From: Trueperaceae bacterium
GTDB lineage: Bacteria; Deinococcota; Deinococci; Deinococcales; Trueperaceae
Direction of reading: 5' to 3'
DNA length: 64,000 bases
Assembly (NCBI GenBank): GCA_965213705.1
Contig: OZ243913.1
Location: forward strand, 1,376,001 to 1,440,000
Position numbers and translations under genes: made by a program. This document shows, piece by piece, positions 38,907 through 49,440 of the stretch; position 1 is the stretch's first letter; each line of letters starts with the position of its first letter. The notes beneath the pieces were generated by a model, which saw only the letters and a list, made by a program, of their open reading frames with translations, was not told the origin of the DNA and did no database searches.

Positions 38907-39058
38907 GGTAGGAGTCGGGTTGGCGGGGTTAGTGAAAACGTCGAACCCCCAAGTTTGTGTAAGCTTCGACCAAGACAGTTTTCTCCCAACCTTCTAAGCT
39001 TGTGCAGGGGGCGCAACTCAACCATTCTCACCCCCGACAACGTGTAAAGGGAGGCAAG

Positions 39059-39655
39059 ATGAAGAAGATGTTTGTGACACTCAGCCTTGGTTTGCTGTTC
39101 GCCTTGGGCATCGGCTTGGCCCAAGAGACCGGCGGCGAAACCGGCGGCGCCATGATGGGCGAGACCGGCGGCGCTATGATGGGCGAAACGGGCGGCGCCA
39201 TGATGGGCGAACCGACCGTCGACGGCACCATTGAACTCTTTGACGGCGGCATCACCCAGGTGCCCCTCAACATGGCCCTCGCCAACATTCAGGGTTGGGA
39301 GCAAACCCTCCGCGCGGCGGACGACCCCGACCTTACCGCGATCGCCGACAACTTGGCGGAATTAGCCACAGCCTTACAAGCTGAGCCGGTCGACGGTTCC
39401 GCTGTGGCGGACCTGCTCAGCCAGCTCGGCGACCAGACGCGCGAGGCCGCCCAAGGCGCGAGCGTCGAAGCTGCCACGGCCGACCAGTTGTCGCTGCTCG
39501 CCTCGTTGCTCACGCAGGTGGGTGAACAGCTCTCCAGTGGTGAAACGGGCGGGGCCATGATGGGCGAGACCGGGGGCATGGGCGAAACCGGCGGCAGCGA
39601 CATGGGTACCGACATGGACGGCGAGACCGGCGGTAGCGAAACCGGTGGGGGCTAA
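39059..39655 (+). CDS. Secreted hypothetical protein with GETGGAMM repeats
   Basis: GGGAGG RBS, signal peptide ending GLA-Q, Met/Gly/Glu repeats flanking a helical core. Confidence 0.85.
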   Translation: MKKMFVTLSLGLLFALGIGLAQETGGETGGAMMGETGGAMMGETGGAMMGEPTVDGTIELFDGGITQVPLNMALANIQGWEQTLRAADDPDLTAIADNLAELATALQAEPVDGSAVADLLSQLGDQTREAAQGASVEAATADQLSLLASLLTQVGEQLSSGETGGAMMGETGGMGETGGSDMGTDMDGETGGSETGGG

Positions 39656-39678
39656 AGTTTAGTTTCCGCAGGTGTATG

Positions 39679-39716
39679 AACCAAAAGCCGAGGCAATTAG
39701 CCTCGGCTTTTGGTTT
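39679..39716 (+). terminator. Rho-independent terminator
   Basis: AACCAAAAGCCGAGGC-aatta-GCCTCGGCTTTTGGTT 16-bp stem. Confidence 0.8.
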
Positions 39717-40072
39717 GCCTTGAGCGGGTAGCCAAACAAGGTAGTAGAGGACGCGTTTCGTGCCCGGTTGCGCTCGAGACGTTGTATAACCCCTCGGAGT
39801 AAAACCGCTCGAAAAACGCCGTCCCCGGAAACGGGGTTCGCAACTCGTCGCCGCCAGGCGCGTTCGCTGTTTCCCGGTCGGTGTAGCCAACGCCGAGTCC
39901 CACTCGCAAACCGCGTGGAGGACCACAACCAAAGTCCGGGACTCGCCATCCGCTTTTTCCCGGCTGCAAACCTAGACTGTCGACCCACGCCCGTCAATCC
40001 ACGCCTGCCAGTCCGTGCCCGTCAACCCACACCCGTCAATCCGGACTGTGGCGTCAGGGACAATTGTCTCAA

Positions 40073-40102
40073 TTGACACTCATTTCCCCGGCTTGCTATG
40101 CT
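40073..40102 (+). promoter_or_regulatory. Promoter of V/A-ATP synthase operon
   Basis: TTGACA-N18-TATGCT with TGn extension. Confidence 0.65.
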
Positions 40103-40212
40103 GACCCGGTAACACGCAAAGTAACCTTTCAGGTTACAAACGCGCGTTTTTTTATGCCTCTAAACAGAGTCGTAAGTTCGAACGCACAGTTATGTGTAGA
40201 GAGGAGGGGCGT

Positions 40213-40533
40213 TTGGAAGCGCAGGGTGAAAAACTACTGCAAGACCTTGTCAGCCAAGAGCAGGCCCTCGTAGCGAAAGTCGAAAGTGCAAGGGCGCAGG
40301 CGGCCAAGATTCTCGAGGACGCCGCTGCCGAAGCCGACGCCGTTCGGGCACAGGCGAAAACCAAAGGTGAAGAGTTTTTGGCGTCCCAAACGAGCCGGGC
40401 CAAGACCGAAGCTGCGACGGCGCGCACCAGTGCGCTGGACCATGCCCAGGCCGACGTCGACAAGGTCAAAGCGCAGGCCGAGGCCAACCTCGACAAGGCC
40501 GTGGCCCTGGTGATGGCGCGGGTGCTGCCGTGA
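40213..40533 (+). CDS. V/A-type ATP synthase subunit G (peripheral stalk)
   Basis: Coiled-coil, C-terminal VMARVLP, first gene of operon; GAGGAGG RBS then TTG. Confidence 0.85.
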   Translation: MEAQGEKLLQDLVSQEQALVAKVESARAQAAKILEDAAAEADAVRAQAKTKGEEFLASQTSRAKTEAATARTSALDHAQADVDKVKAQAEANLDKAVALVMARVLP

Positions 40534-40543
40534 TTGTGACGTC

Positions 40544-42544
40544 ATGATTGCGGCGATGGACCAGCTCACCGTCGTCGGGCGGCGCAGCGTGGCGAACGAC
40601 CTACTGGTGAGTTTGCAAAGTTTGGGCGTGGTGCAGGTCGACCCCCTGGAGACCAGCGAAGACTTGCCGCTCGAGCGCCTGCGCTTGGCTGAGGCCGACC
40701 GGGCGCAAAAAGACGGTTGGGACGCGGCGGTCGCCCGGTCGGCGGGGCTGCTCGACGCGCTGGGGGTGCACAAAGTCAAACCGGCAAGCCGCACCGAAGT
40801 GCCGGGCAAGCTCGACGAGTTGACGGGGGCGCTCGAGGCCGTCGGCAAAAACGTCGACACGCTGTTGGCCGAACGCGGCGAAATCCGCGACGAACTCGAC
40901 GTTGTCGGGACCTACCTGCCGGTGTTCAGAGACCTCGCGCCGACGCTGGCGCAGTTCGACGACAGCCGTTACCTGTTCGCCACCGCTTTCGCGGTCGCGG
41001 CGGACGCGCTCGAGGCGACGCTTCGAAACGTCGAGACCGACCTCGACGGGCAGGTCGTGTTCAGTACGCGCCCGCGCGCCCGGGATGTGCTGGTGGTCGC
41101 GGTCGTTCTCAAAAGCGACGAAGCCGCTCTCAAAGGCGCTATTTCACGAGCGGGTTACGCCGAACTGACGCTGCCCGAGCAGTACGCCGATTTGGGGGTC
41201 GCCAAGGCTGCGCACACGATGGAGGAGCGTTCCCAAGCGCTGCCCAAGCGTTTGCAAACCGTCGACGCGGACCTCGCCAAACTCGCTGAGCAGCACGGTC
41301 CGAAGTTGGCGACCATGAACATGGTCGCGCTCAACCACCAAAGCCGTTTTGAACGTTTGGAGGACATGGCCGAGGGCCGCTACAGTTTTGCGCTGCGGGG
41401 TTGGGTGCCGAGCGAGGAGCGCGCCCGCGTGGTCGAGGCCGTCAAGAAACAGTTCGGCGACGACGTCGTCGTTGAGACCCGGCACGCCGACGACCACCAC
41501 GACTACAACGTACCGGTCAGGCTCGACAACCCGGGTTGGGTCAAGCCTTTTGAGGGTTTGCTGGCCCTGTTCGCGCCGCCCAAGTACGGCAACTTCGACC
41601 CGAGCTGGACGCTGGCGGTGTTTTTCCCACTCTTTTTTGGCGTGGTCATCGGCGACATGGGGTTCGGGCTGTTGTTCGCAGCGCTGGCGCTGTGGATGCG
41701 GGGCCGCGGCGCGGCGGGCAAAGAACTGAGTTTGGGGCCGCTCGGTGTGGTCATCCCGCCGGGGGCGCTCCGGCCCATCAGCACCATCATCTTGTGGTGC
41801 GCGGTGTGGGGAATTGTCTGGGGCTTTTTGTACGGCGAGTTTTTCGGCAACTTTTTGGAATACTGGCCGCACGACAACCCGGTCTTTTATATTCCTGGCG
41901 AGCTGCACGAAGGCAAACCCGCGCACGGGCTGATTCCGGTGCTCATCCCGCGCGTGGCGAACACCACGCCAATCCTGCTGTTGTCGCTCGGTTTCGGCAT
42001 TTTGCAGGTCGTCGGCGGCTGGGCGATTCGGGTTGTGTACGGATTTAAACACCACGACATGAAACACGTCTGGGAGGGTGTCGGCATGATTGGCGGTTTG
42101 GTCGGCCTCATCGTGTTTGCGACGGCCTACCTCACGGACAACGTGACGCCGCTAGTGATAGGTGTTTTGATAGCTGGATTTGCTGTCTACTTTCTGGGGT
42201 TGATTTTGTCGGGGGTGATTCTCATGCTCATCGAAATCTTCTCGAACGCGGGCAACATCTTGAGTTACCTGCGACTGTTCGCGGTAGGGTTGTCGGCGGC
42301 CTTGGTCGCCAACTTGGCGACCGGGTTGGGTTTCGCCCTCGGTGACACCTTGCCCATCATCGGACCCATCCTGGGCATTTTGGTGGCGCTGGCCGTCCAC
42401 TTTATCGCCATTACCCTGACCATCATCGGGCACACCTTGCAACCGCTACGTCTGAACTACGTCGAGTTTTTTACCAAGTTTGGTTTTTACGACGAGAGCG
42501 GGCGACCTTACGCGCCGTTTCGTCTTTTAGGAGGAAGATCATGA
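40544..42544 (+). CDS. atpI: V/A-type ATP synthase subunit I (a)
   Basis: GWVP, FFGVVIGDMGFG, SYLRLFAVGL, LRLNYVEFF. Confidence 0.95.
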   Translation: MIAAMDQLTVVGRRSVANDLLVSLQSLGVVQVDPLETSEDLPLERLRLAEADRAQKDGWDAAVARSAGLLDALGVHKVKPASRTEVPGKLDELTGALEAVGKNVDTLLAERGEIRDELDVVGTYLPVFRDLAPTLAQFDDSRYLFATAFAVAADALEATLRNVETDLDGQVVFSTRPRARDVLVVAVVLKSDEAALKGAISRAGYAELTLPEQYADLGVAKAAHTMEERSQALPKRLQTVDADLAKLAEQHGPKLATMNMVALNHQSRFERLEDMAEGRYSFALRGWVPSEERARVVEAVKKQFGDDVVVETRHADDHHDYNVPVRLDNPGWVKPFEGLLALFAPPKYGNFDPSWTLAVFFPLFFGVVIGDMGFGLLFAALALWMRGRGAAGKELSLGPLGVVIPPGALRPISTIILWCAVWGIVWGFLYGEFFGNFLEYWPHDNPVFYIPGELHEGKPAHGLIPVLIPRVANTTPILLLSLGFGILQVVGGWAIRVVYGFKHHDMKHVWEGVGMIGGLVGLIVFATAYLTDNVTPLVIGVLIAGFAVYFLGLILSGVILMLIEIFSNAGNILSYLRLFAVGLSAALVANLATGLGFALGDTLPIIGPILGILVALAVHFIAITLTIIGHTLQPLRLNYVEFFTKFGFYDESGRPYAPFRLLGGRS

Positions 42545-42858
42545 AGAAAGTTAATGGAGTTTTAGGATTTTTGGCTTTGTTTGCACTCGCCGCGCTCGGT
42601 TTCGCCCAGGAGGGTGAAGAGGTCGTCACTGTAGGCCGCACCGTCGGCGACGGTCTTATTGCCATCGGCGCAGGCTTGGCTATCGGCATCGGCGCGATTG
42701 GCGTCGGACTGGCGCAAGCCGCCATCGGCAGCGCGGGCGCGGGCACCCTGGCCGAGCGGCCACAGGCTTTCGGTCAAATTCTCATCTACCTCGTCATTCC
42801 GGAAACGCTCATCATTTTCGCGTTCGTTATCGCGTTCTTCCTCTTCGGAGCGATTTAA
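42541..42858 (+). CDS. atpK: V/A-type ATP synthase proteolipid subunit K/L (c)
   Basis: Single hairpin with IPET catalytic Glu and N-terminal leader. Confidence 0.93.
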   Translation: MKKVNGVLGFLALFALAALGFAQEGEEVVTVGRTVGDGLIAIGAGLAIGIGAIGVGLAQAAIGSAGAGTLAERPQAFGQILIYLVIPETLIIFAFVIAFFLFGAI

Positions 42859-42861
42859 CCT

Positions 42862-43527
42862 ATGGCGAACCTGTCAGCCCTGCTCGAGAAAGAGGCGAGC
42901 GCGGAAATAGAAGCCATTCTCTCCGAGGCGCGCGCGCGCGCCTCGGAGTTGGTCGCTAAGGCGCGTACCGAGGCCGACGCAGGCGTCGCCCAGCAAGAGC
43001 GCAGCGCCAAGGCGCAGTACGACGCGGCGCTGGTCCGCTCGAGCAGCGGCGCGCAACTCGAAGCCTCGTCCCTCAAACTGCGCGCCCAACACGGGGCGGT
43101 CGAACGCGTGTTCGCGGCGGCCAAGACTTCGTTGGAGGCGCTCACGCAAGACAAAGCGGCGTACGGCGACGTGCTGAACAAACTGTTGACGCAAGCCGTC
43201 GAGGGTCTGGGCGGCGCCGCCAAAGTCGCGGCCGTCGTCGTCAATCCTGCGGACCAAGCGGCAGCTGAAAAAGCTGCCGCCGCCCACGGTCTAGCCGGCA
43301 AGGTCGAGACTTCCGACGCTGTTCGTGGCGGCGTGCGCGTGCGCGCCACGGGCGGCAACGTTACCCTGGAGAACACCCTGTTCGGCCGGTTGGAGGCCGT
43401 GCAAGACGAACTCGCCTCGGACGTGTCGCGGGCGCTGTTCGGGACGCAAGCCGGCGCCCAAAAGAGCGCGCAGAACGTAGCCAAACCCGCGCACGGCGGC
43501 TCGACCGACTCAGCGGCCGAGGTTTAG
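42862..43527 (+). CDS. atpE: V/A-type ATP synthase subunit E
   Basis: N-terminal coiled coil, GGV, ENTLFGRL; operon position. Confidence 0.9.
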   Translation: MANLSALLEKEASAEIEAILSEARARASELVAKARTEADAGVAQQERSAKAQYDAALVRSSSGAQLEASSLKLRAQHGAVERVFAAAKTSLEALTQDKAAYGDVLNKLLTQAVEGLGGAAKVAAVVVNPADQAAAEKAAAAHGLAGKVETSDAVRGGVRVRATGGNVTLENTLFGRLEAVQDELASDVSRALFGTQAGAQKSAQNVAKPAHGGSTDSAAEV

Positions 43528-43531
43528 ACCC

Positions 43532-44545
43532 GTGTCGTCGGACTACGGCTACATCAACGCTCGGGTGCGCGGACTGAAGTCCAAGCTGTTGGGGCCGGAG
43601 TTTTACGCGTCCGCCTTGGAGGCCACCGACTACCGCGCTTTTTTGGCGGCGCTGTCGCAGTCGCCTTACTTGCGCGAAGTCGAGGAGGCGCAAGCCCGCT
43701 ACGACGGCCTGAAAGTCGTCGACAAGGCGCTGGCGAGGGACTTTTACACCACGACGCGGAGCATCCTCAACTTTTCAGACGGCTTGCCCCACGACCTCAT
43801 CGCGCTGCTGCTGCTGCGCTACGACCTTTACAACGTCAAGGCCGTCGCCCGCGCCAAACACGCCGGCCGCGAGCTTGAAGCCGTGCAAGAGGTTTTCTTC
43901 CCGGCGGGCACGCTCAAACCTGCGGTGCTGGACACGGTTGCGGGCGCTACAGACATGGCGGCGGCGGCGCAAGCGCTTCTAGCCACGCCGACGCCGCTCA
44001 AAGGGGCGTTTTCCCGCGCGGCGAGCGCGTACCAGTCGGACCAGGACCTGTACGCGCTCGAGCTGGCCTTGGACCGCGCTTACTACCGGATTATTTTCGA
44101 CACCTTGGACCGGGTAAACGCGCCGCGCGACTTTGTGCGCTACATGCGCCGCGAAGTCGACGCTACCAACTTGCGCACCGCGCTCAAACTGCGCGGTAGG
44201 GACACGGCTCGGGACGACCTGTTTATCCCCGGCGGCAAAGAGGTGGGCCGCGCTGTTTTCGACACCGTTGCGGGCGACACCTCGGCGGGCGCGTTGCAAG
44301 TTTTGAACGGCACCGGTTTCGCCCCCGTCGCCGACACGAGTACGCTGAGCGAAGCCGAGGAAGCGATTCGCGCGGTCGTCAACCAAAGCGCCAAGCGTTT
44401 GGCCGCCGACCCCTTGGGCATCGGCGTGGTGGCGAACTACCTGCGCTTAAAAGAAGAAGAAGCGGCGCGGCTGCGCCTGCTGGCGCGCGGCAAGTTTTAC
44501 GGCGTGCCGCGCGACACGCTGTCCAGGGAGTTGGGCTATGCCTAA
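43532..44545 (+). CDS. atpC: V/A-type ATP synthase subunit C (d)
   Basis: DYGYINARVRGLKSKLL, RYDLYNVK, LRLLARGK. Confidence 0.92.
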   Translation: MSSDYGYINARVRGLKSKLLGPEFYASALEATDYRAFLAALSQSPYLREVEEAQARYDGLKVVDKALARDFYTTTRSILNFSDGLPHDLIALLLLRYDLYNVKAVARAKHAGRELEAVQEVFFPAGTLKPAVLDTVAGATDMAAAAQALLATPTPLKGAFSRAASAYQSDQDLYALELALDRAYYRIIFDTLDRVNAPRDFVRYMRREVDATNLRTALKLRGRDTARDDLFIPGGKEVGRAVFDTVAGDTSAGALQVLNGTGFAPVADTSTLSEAEEAIRAVVNQSAKRLAADPLGIGVVANYLRLKEEEAARLRLLARGKFYGVPRDTLSRELGYA

Positions 44546-44864
44546 GATGCTGATTTTGACCGACAGTGAAACGGCCACAGGCTTTCGCCTGGCCGGGGTC
44601 GAGGTGCGCGAGGCGTCCGAAGAAAACGCCTTGAAAGAACTCGAGGGCGTTATCGAGTCTCAACAGTACGGCCTCGTCGCGGTAGACGAACACCTCGTCC
44701 CCGACCCGGTGCGCGCGACCGCTCGCGCCATGCGCGGCCGCGAACTGCCCGTCATCTTACCGATGCCGAGCTTGGGTGCGGCCTTCGGCGAAGGCGGCGA
44801 CGCAACCGAGTACATGAAAGACTTGGTCCGCAGCGCCATTGGGTTCGACATCAAAATAGACTAG
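44538..44864 (+). CDS. atpF: V/A-type ATP synthase subunit F
   Basis: DSETATGFRLAGV, AIGFDI. Confidence 0.93.
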   Translation: MPKMLILTDSETATGFRLAGVEVREASEENALKELEGVIESQQYGLVAVDEHLVPDPVRATARAMRGRELPVILPMPSLGAAFGEGGDATEYMKDLVRSAIGFDIKID

Positions 44865-44970
44865 GATTGAGTAAACTTGTTTTAACGGGAGAGTTCTTGG
44901 GTATTGGTTTTTAGTTGCTGCTCGAAAAACTGACGACCAAAAACCAACAACTTCTTTCAAAGGAGGAACA

Positions 44971-46710
44971 ATGGCAATCGAAGGAAAAGTCCAGCGCATC
45001 TCCGGCCCGGCGGTCATTGCCAACGGGATGATGGGCGCGCGCATGTTCGACATCGTGCGCGTAGGTAAAGAGCAACTCGTCGGCGAGATTATCCGTTTGG
45101 ACGGCAACACGGCCTTTGTACAGGTTTACGAAGACACCGGCGGCCTGACCATCGGCGAGCCGGTCGTCTCCACCGAACTGCCCCTGGCCGTCGAACTCGG
45201 TCCGGGCATGTTGAACGGGATTTTCGACGGCATCCAGCGTCCCTTGGACAAAATCAAAGAGGCGTCCGGCACCTACATCGAACGCGGAATTGTGGTCAAC
45301 TCGCTGTCACGCGAGGCGAAGTGGCCGTTCACGCCGAGCCTGAAAGTCGGCGACGAGGTTGCAGGCGGCAGCATTTTAGGCACCGTCCCCGAGTTCTCGT
45401 TCACCCACAAAATCCTCGTGCCGCCCAACGTGACCGGCAAAATCAAAAGCATCAAAGGTGCGGGCGACTACACGCTGGACGACGTTATCGCCACGCTAGA
45501 AGACGGCACCGAACTCAAGCTTTACCACCCCTGGCCGGTGCGCCAGGCGCGCCCCGTGGAGCGCAAGCTCGACCCGGTTACCCCCTTTTTGACGGGGATG
45601 AGGATTCTGGACGTGCTGTTCCCCTTGACGATGGGCGGCACCGCGGCGATTCCGGGGCCTTTCGGCTCGGGCAAAACGGTGACGCAGCAATCCGTCGCCA
45701 AGTACGGCAACGCCGACATCGTCGTCTACGTGGGCTGCGGCGAGCGCGGCAACGAGATGACCGACGTGCTGGTCGAGTTTCCCGAACTCGAAGACCCGCA
45801 GACCGGCAATCCGCTGATGCACCGCACGGTCTTAATCGCCAACACCTCGAACATGCCGGTGGCGGCGCGTGAGGCATCGATTTACACGGGGATTACGCTG
45901 GCCGAATACTTCCGCGACCAGGGCTACCGCGTGTCGGTCATGGCCGACTCGACTAGCCGTTGGGCCGAGGCGCTGCGCGAAATCGCCTCGCGTTTGGAAG
46001 AGATGCCTGCGGAAGAAGGGTATCCGCCTTACCTCGCCTCGAGACTGGCCGCCTTTTACGAGCGCGGCGGCCGCGTGACCACGCTCTCAGGCGAGCAGGG
46101 GGCCGTTTCCATCATCGGCGCGGTTTCCCCGGCGGGTGGTGACTTCTCCGAGCCGGTCACCCAGGCGACACTTCGTATTACGGGCTGCTTCTGGGCGCTC
46201 GACGCCTCATTAGCGCGGCGGCGGCACTTCCCGGCCATCAACTGGAACCGCTCGTACTCGCTCTTTACGGGCATTTTGGAAGACTGGTACGCCGAGAACA
46301 TCGCGCCGGACTTTTCGCAACTCCGCGACCGCGCGGTGACGCTGCTCCAGCGTGAGAACGAACTGCAAGAGGTCGTCCAGCTCGTTGGTCCGGACGCGCT
46401 GCAAGACCAGGAGCGCTTGATTATTGAAATCGGGCGCATCTTACGGCAGGATTTTTTGCAGCAAAACGGTTTCGACCCGGTCGACGCCTCGTGCTCGATG
46501 CCCAAAGCCTACGGGATGCTCCAGATGATGCTGAAGTTTTACGACCAAGCGCAAGAAGCGCTCCGCGGCGGCGCGACCATCGACGATATTCTGCAAGACG
46601 AGGTGACCGAAAAAATCAACCGCGCCCGCTACACGCCCGAAGACGAGTTCGAGGCGTACAAAGAAAACGTGCTGAACGAACTCGAGAACGCCTTCGCGGT
46701 CGCCGCTTAA
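44971..46710 (+). CDS. atpA: V/A-type ATP synthase subunit A
   Basis: [41 protein letters not shown]. Confidence 0.97.
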   Translation: MAIEGKVQRISGPAVIANGMMGARMFDIVRVGKEQLVGEIIRLDGNTAFVQVYEDTGGLTIGEPVVSTELPLAVELGPGMLNGIFDGIQRPLDKIKEASGTYIERGIVVNSLSREAKWPFTPSLKVGDEVAGGSILGTVPEFSFTHKILVPPNVTGKIKSIKGAGDYTLDDVIATLEDGTELKLYHPWPVRQARPVERKLDPVTPFLTGMRILDVLFPLTMGGTAAIPGPFGSGKTVTQQSVAKYGNADIVVYVGCGERGNEMTDVLVEFPELEDPQTGNPLMHRTVLIANTSNMPVAAREASIYTGITLAEYFRDQGYRVSVMADSTSRWAEALREIASRLEEMPAEEGYPPYLASRLAAFYERGGRVTTLSGEQGAVSIIGAVSPAGGDFSEPVTQATLRITGCFWALDASLARRRHFPAINWNRSYSLFTGILEDWYAENIAPDFSQLRDRAVTLLQRENELQEVVQLVGPDALQDQERLIIEIGRILRQDFLQQNGFDPVDASCSMPKAYGMLQMMLKFYDQAQEALRGGATIDDILQDEVTEKINRARYTPEDEFEAYKENVLNELENAFAVAA

Positions 46711-46720
46711 AGGAGATAAA

Positions 46721-48139
46721 ATGGCTTCAAATTTGCTGAAAAAAGAGTACAGCGAGGTCAGTTACGTCTCGGGGCCGCTGCTGTTTTTGCAAAACGCCTC
46801 CGACTTGGCTTACAACGCAATTGTGCGCATCACCGACAACTCGGGCCGTGAGCGCGGCGGGCAAGTCATCGAAGTGACCGACGAGTTCACCGTGCTCCAG
46901 GTGTTCGAAGAGACCTCCGGTATCGACCTGGCGAGCACAAAAGTGAGCCTCGTCGAGAACGTCGCCCGTTTGGGTGTGGCGCGGGACATGATCGGCCGCC
47001 GTTTCAACGGCATCGGCGCGCCCATCGACGGCCTCCCCGACGTGGTCGCCGACAAGCGCATCCCCATCGGCGGGGCGCCTATCAACCCGGTGGCGCGGCA
47101 AAAACCCGAGGAGTTCATCCAGACCGGCATCTCGACGGTCGACACCCTCATGACCCTGGTGCGCGGTCAAAAGCTGCCGATTTTCTCGGGCTCGGGGCTG
47201 CCCGCTAACGAACTCGCCGCGCAAATCGCGCGGCAAGCGAAGGTGCTCGGTGAAGGCTCGGAGTTCGCCGTCGTCTTCGGCGCGATGGGCGTCACCCAGC
47301 GTGAGCTGACTTTCTTTACGCAAGAGTTCGAGCGCACCGGCGCGCTGGCGCGTTCGGTGTTGTTTTTGAACAAGGCCGATGACCCCGCGGTCGAACGTCT
47401 GCTCACGCCGCGGATGGCGCTCACAGCCGCTGAATACCTCGCCTTCGAGCACGGCTACCACGTCCTCGTCATCCTCACCGACATGACGAACTACTGCGAG
47501 GCGCTGCGCGAAATCGGCGGGGCGAGGGAAGAAATTCCCGGTCGCCGCGGCTACCCCGGTTACATGTACACGGACCTCGCCTCAATTTATGAGCGCGCGG
47601 GCGTGGTGGAAGGCGTTTCTGGCTCGGTCACGCAGATTCCGATTCTGTCGATGCCCGACGACGACGTGACCCACCCGATTCCCGACTTGACCGGTTACAT
47701 CACCGAAGGGCAGATTTATTTAGCCCGCAGCCTCCACAACCAGGGTTACTACCCGCCCATTAACCCGGGTCCGTCTTTGAGCCGACTCATGAACAACGGC
47801 ATCGGCGCGGGCAAAACGCGCAAAGACCACAAAAACGTGGCCGACCAACTTCAGGCAGCTTACGCCAACGGCCTCGACCTGCGCCGACTCGTCGCGATTA
47901 CGGGTGAGGACGCGCTTTCCGAGACCGACAAGCTGTACTTGAAGTTCGCCGACGAGTTCGAGAAAAAGTTCATCGACCAAGGCAACGAAGACCGCGCCAT
48001 CGACGACTCGCTCGACATCGCCTGGACGACCCTGTCGCTGCTGCCCAAGAGCGAACTGACCCGCCTGAGCCGCGAGCAAATCGACAATTACTACGGCGCG
48101 AAAATGGAAGCGATGTGGGGCGCGGGGAAAGGTATTTGA
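46721..48139 (+). CDS. atpB: V/A-type ATP synthase subunit B
   Basis: [40 protein letters not shown]. Confidence 0.97.
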   Translation: MASNLLKKEYSEVSYVSGPLLFLQNASDLAYNAIVRITDNSGRERGGQVIEVTDEFTVLQVFEETSGIDLASTKVSLVENVARLGVARDMIGRRFNGIGAPIDGLPDVVADKRIPIGGAPINPVARQKPEEFIQTGISTVDTLMTLVRGQKLPIFSGSGLPANELAAQIARQAKVLGEGSEFAVVFGAMGVTQRELTFFTQEFERTGALARSVLFLNKADDPAVERLLTPRMALTAAEYLAFEHGYHVLVILTDMTNYCEALREIGGAREEIPGRRGYPGYMYTDLASIYERAGVVEGVSGSVTQIPILSMPDDDVTHPIPDLTGYITEGQIYLARSLHNQGYYPPINPGPSLSRLMNNGIGAGKTRKDHKNVADQLQAAYANGLDLRRLVAITGEDALSETDKLYLKFADEFEKKFIDQGNEDRAIDDSLDIAWTTLSLLPKSELTRLSREQIDNYYGAKMEAMWGAGKGI

Positions 48140-48238
48140 GGAAGTAAAAGTTCTTGGTTTTAGGTATTAGTTTTTAGACTAAAGACCAACGACCAAGAAC
48201 GAATAACCTTCTTCCCCCTTCTCCTCAAAAGGAGCACT

Positions 48239-48970
48239 ATGGCAGAACAAATCGCACCGACAAGGTCGAACCTGCTCCAACGGCGGGACCAACTGCGGCT
48301 CGCCATACGCGGAGCCGACCTGCTGAAGCGCAAGCGCGACGCGCTCATCTCGGAGTTTTTCGACCTCGTGAAGTCGTCGTTGGAAGCTCGGCGTGCGTTG
48401 TCGAGCACGAGTCAGGAGGCGTATTTCAGCCTCTTTCTGGCTAAAGCCTGGGACGGCCCCGAGGCGGTCGAGAGTTTGAGCTTGGCCGAACAGTCGGGCC
48501 TGGACCTAGAAATCAAGGTGGAGAACCTGTTCGGCGTCAAGGTGCCGCAGGTGCAGCCGCCAACCTTTTCAACCGACCTGCCCTTTTCACCCGTGAACGC
48601 GGGCGCGCGCACCCTGGACGCCGCCGCGCAGTTTCGCCAGCTTACCGAAGCCCTCATCAAAGTGGCCGCGACCGAAACGCGGCTGCGGCGAATAGGCGAG
48701 GAAATCAAAAAGACGAACCGGCGGGTGAACGCCCTGGAGCAACTCGTCATCCCCGGTATCAACGTGCAAATCAAAGACATTCGCAGCGTGCTGGACCAGC
48801 GAGCGCTGGAAGAAATCACCGTGTTGAAGCGTATCAAGGCCAAGCTCGAGGCGCGTGACAAAGAAGACAAGGCCAAGTCTGACGACGCGAAAGCCGACGC
48901 GTCCGCGGCTTATCCCGAGAATACTCCTGAGCAAACGATGGCGCAGCGTGTCGAGGCCCCGGCACCCTAA
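48239..48970 (+). CDS. atpD: V/A-type ATP synthase subunit D
   Basis: PTRSNL, LLKRKRDAL, TNRRVNALE. Confidence 0.95.
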   Translation: MAEQIAPTRSNLLQRRDQLRLAIRGADLLKRKRDALISEFFDLVKSSLEARRALSSTSQEAYFSLFLAKAWDGPEAVESLSLAEQSGLDLEIKVENLFGVKVPQVQPPTFSTDLPFSPVNAGARTLDAAAQFRQLTEALIKVAATETRLRRIGEEIKKTNRRVNALEQLVIPGINVQIKDIRSVLDQRALEEITVLKRIKAKLEARDKEDKAKSDDAKADASAAYPENTPEQTMAQRVEAPAP

Positions 48971-49029
48971 AACCGGCACCGTCTTACAGGCCGGCTCAAG
49001 ACAGGCCCTCCCACAGCAGACCGCGAACG

Positions 49030-49060
49030 AGTCCCCGCCCGGCGGGGACTTTTCGTTTTT
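49030..49060 (+). terminator. Rho-independent terminator of ATP synthase operon
   Basis: AGTCCCCGCC-C-GGCGGGGACT followed by a T-rich tract. Confidence 0.8.
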
Positions 49061-49140
49061 CAACACCTCTCGGTCAAAAAAGGCCATTTGCTGGTACGCC
49101 CACTTAGCTCGGCAGAGGCTTGGTAACCCTTCGCTTTCAT

Positions 49141-49334
49141 GCGGATTCCGATACTACAGCTCCCCTTGGAAGAGGTGTTCGCTTCCTTGTCGCTAGTCCG
49201 TATTTTTTCTCGCTGAAGAGTTCTGAACCGGTAAGACTAACAACGCTTTACCCATGCTCAGCTTTTCCTGGTCACGACCTCTGGTTCAAGATTGCTCGCA
49301 TTTGATTCCGAGAGAATAAATACGGAAAGGGTAT
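49141..49334 (+). repeat. Dispersed intergenic repeat, copy 2
   Basis: Homologous to the reverse complement of 29426-29553, with an extra ~80-bp internal segment. Confidence 0.8.
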
Positions 49335-49440
49335 CAGGCCGCAGGTGCTTCGGACGCCTCCGCTCTGAGTAACCCGGAGAATCACCTGGAAACGGTATTA
49401 CTTCATTCGCTGCGCTGGCGGAACGTTTTAAACTCAAGGC

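Noticed and set aside
39720..39980. Possible structured ncRNA upstream of the ATP synthase promoter
   Set aside because: No recognisable riboswitch, tRNA or ncRNA motif by eye; needs a covariance-model search
26735..40039. Short repeat arrays (26735, 37298, 38604, 39984) as CRISPR arrays
   Set aside because: Units are 13-16 bp, contiguous, with no unique spacers and no cas genes
42541..42858. Signal-peptide-like leader on the ATP synthase proteolipid
   Set aside because: Known for the Thermus-type L subunit; the operon order is also standard
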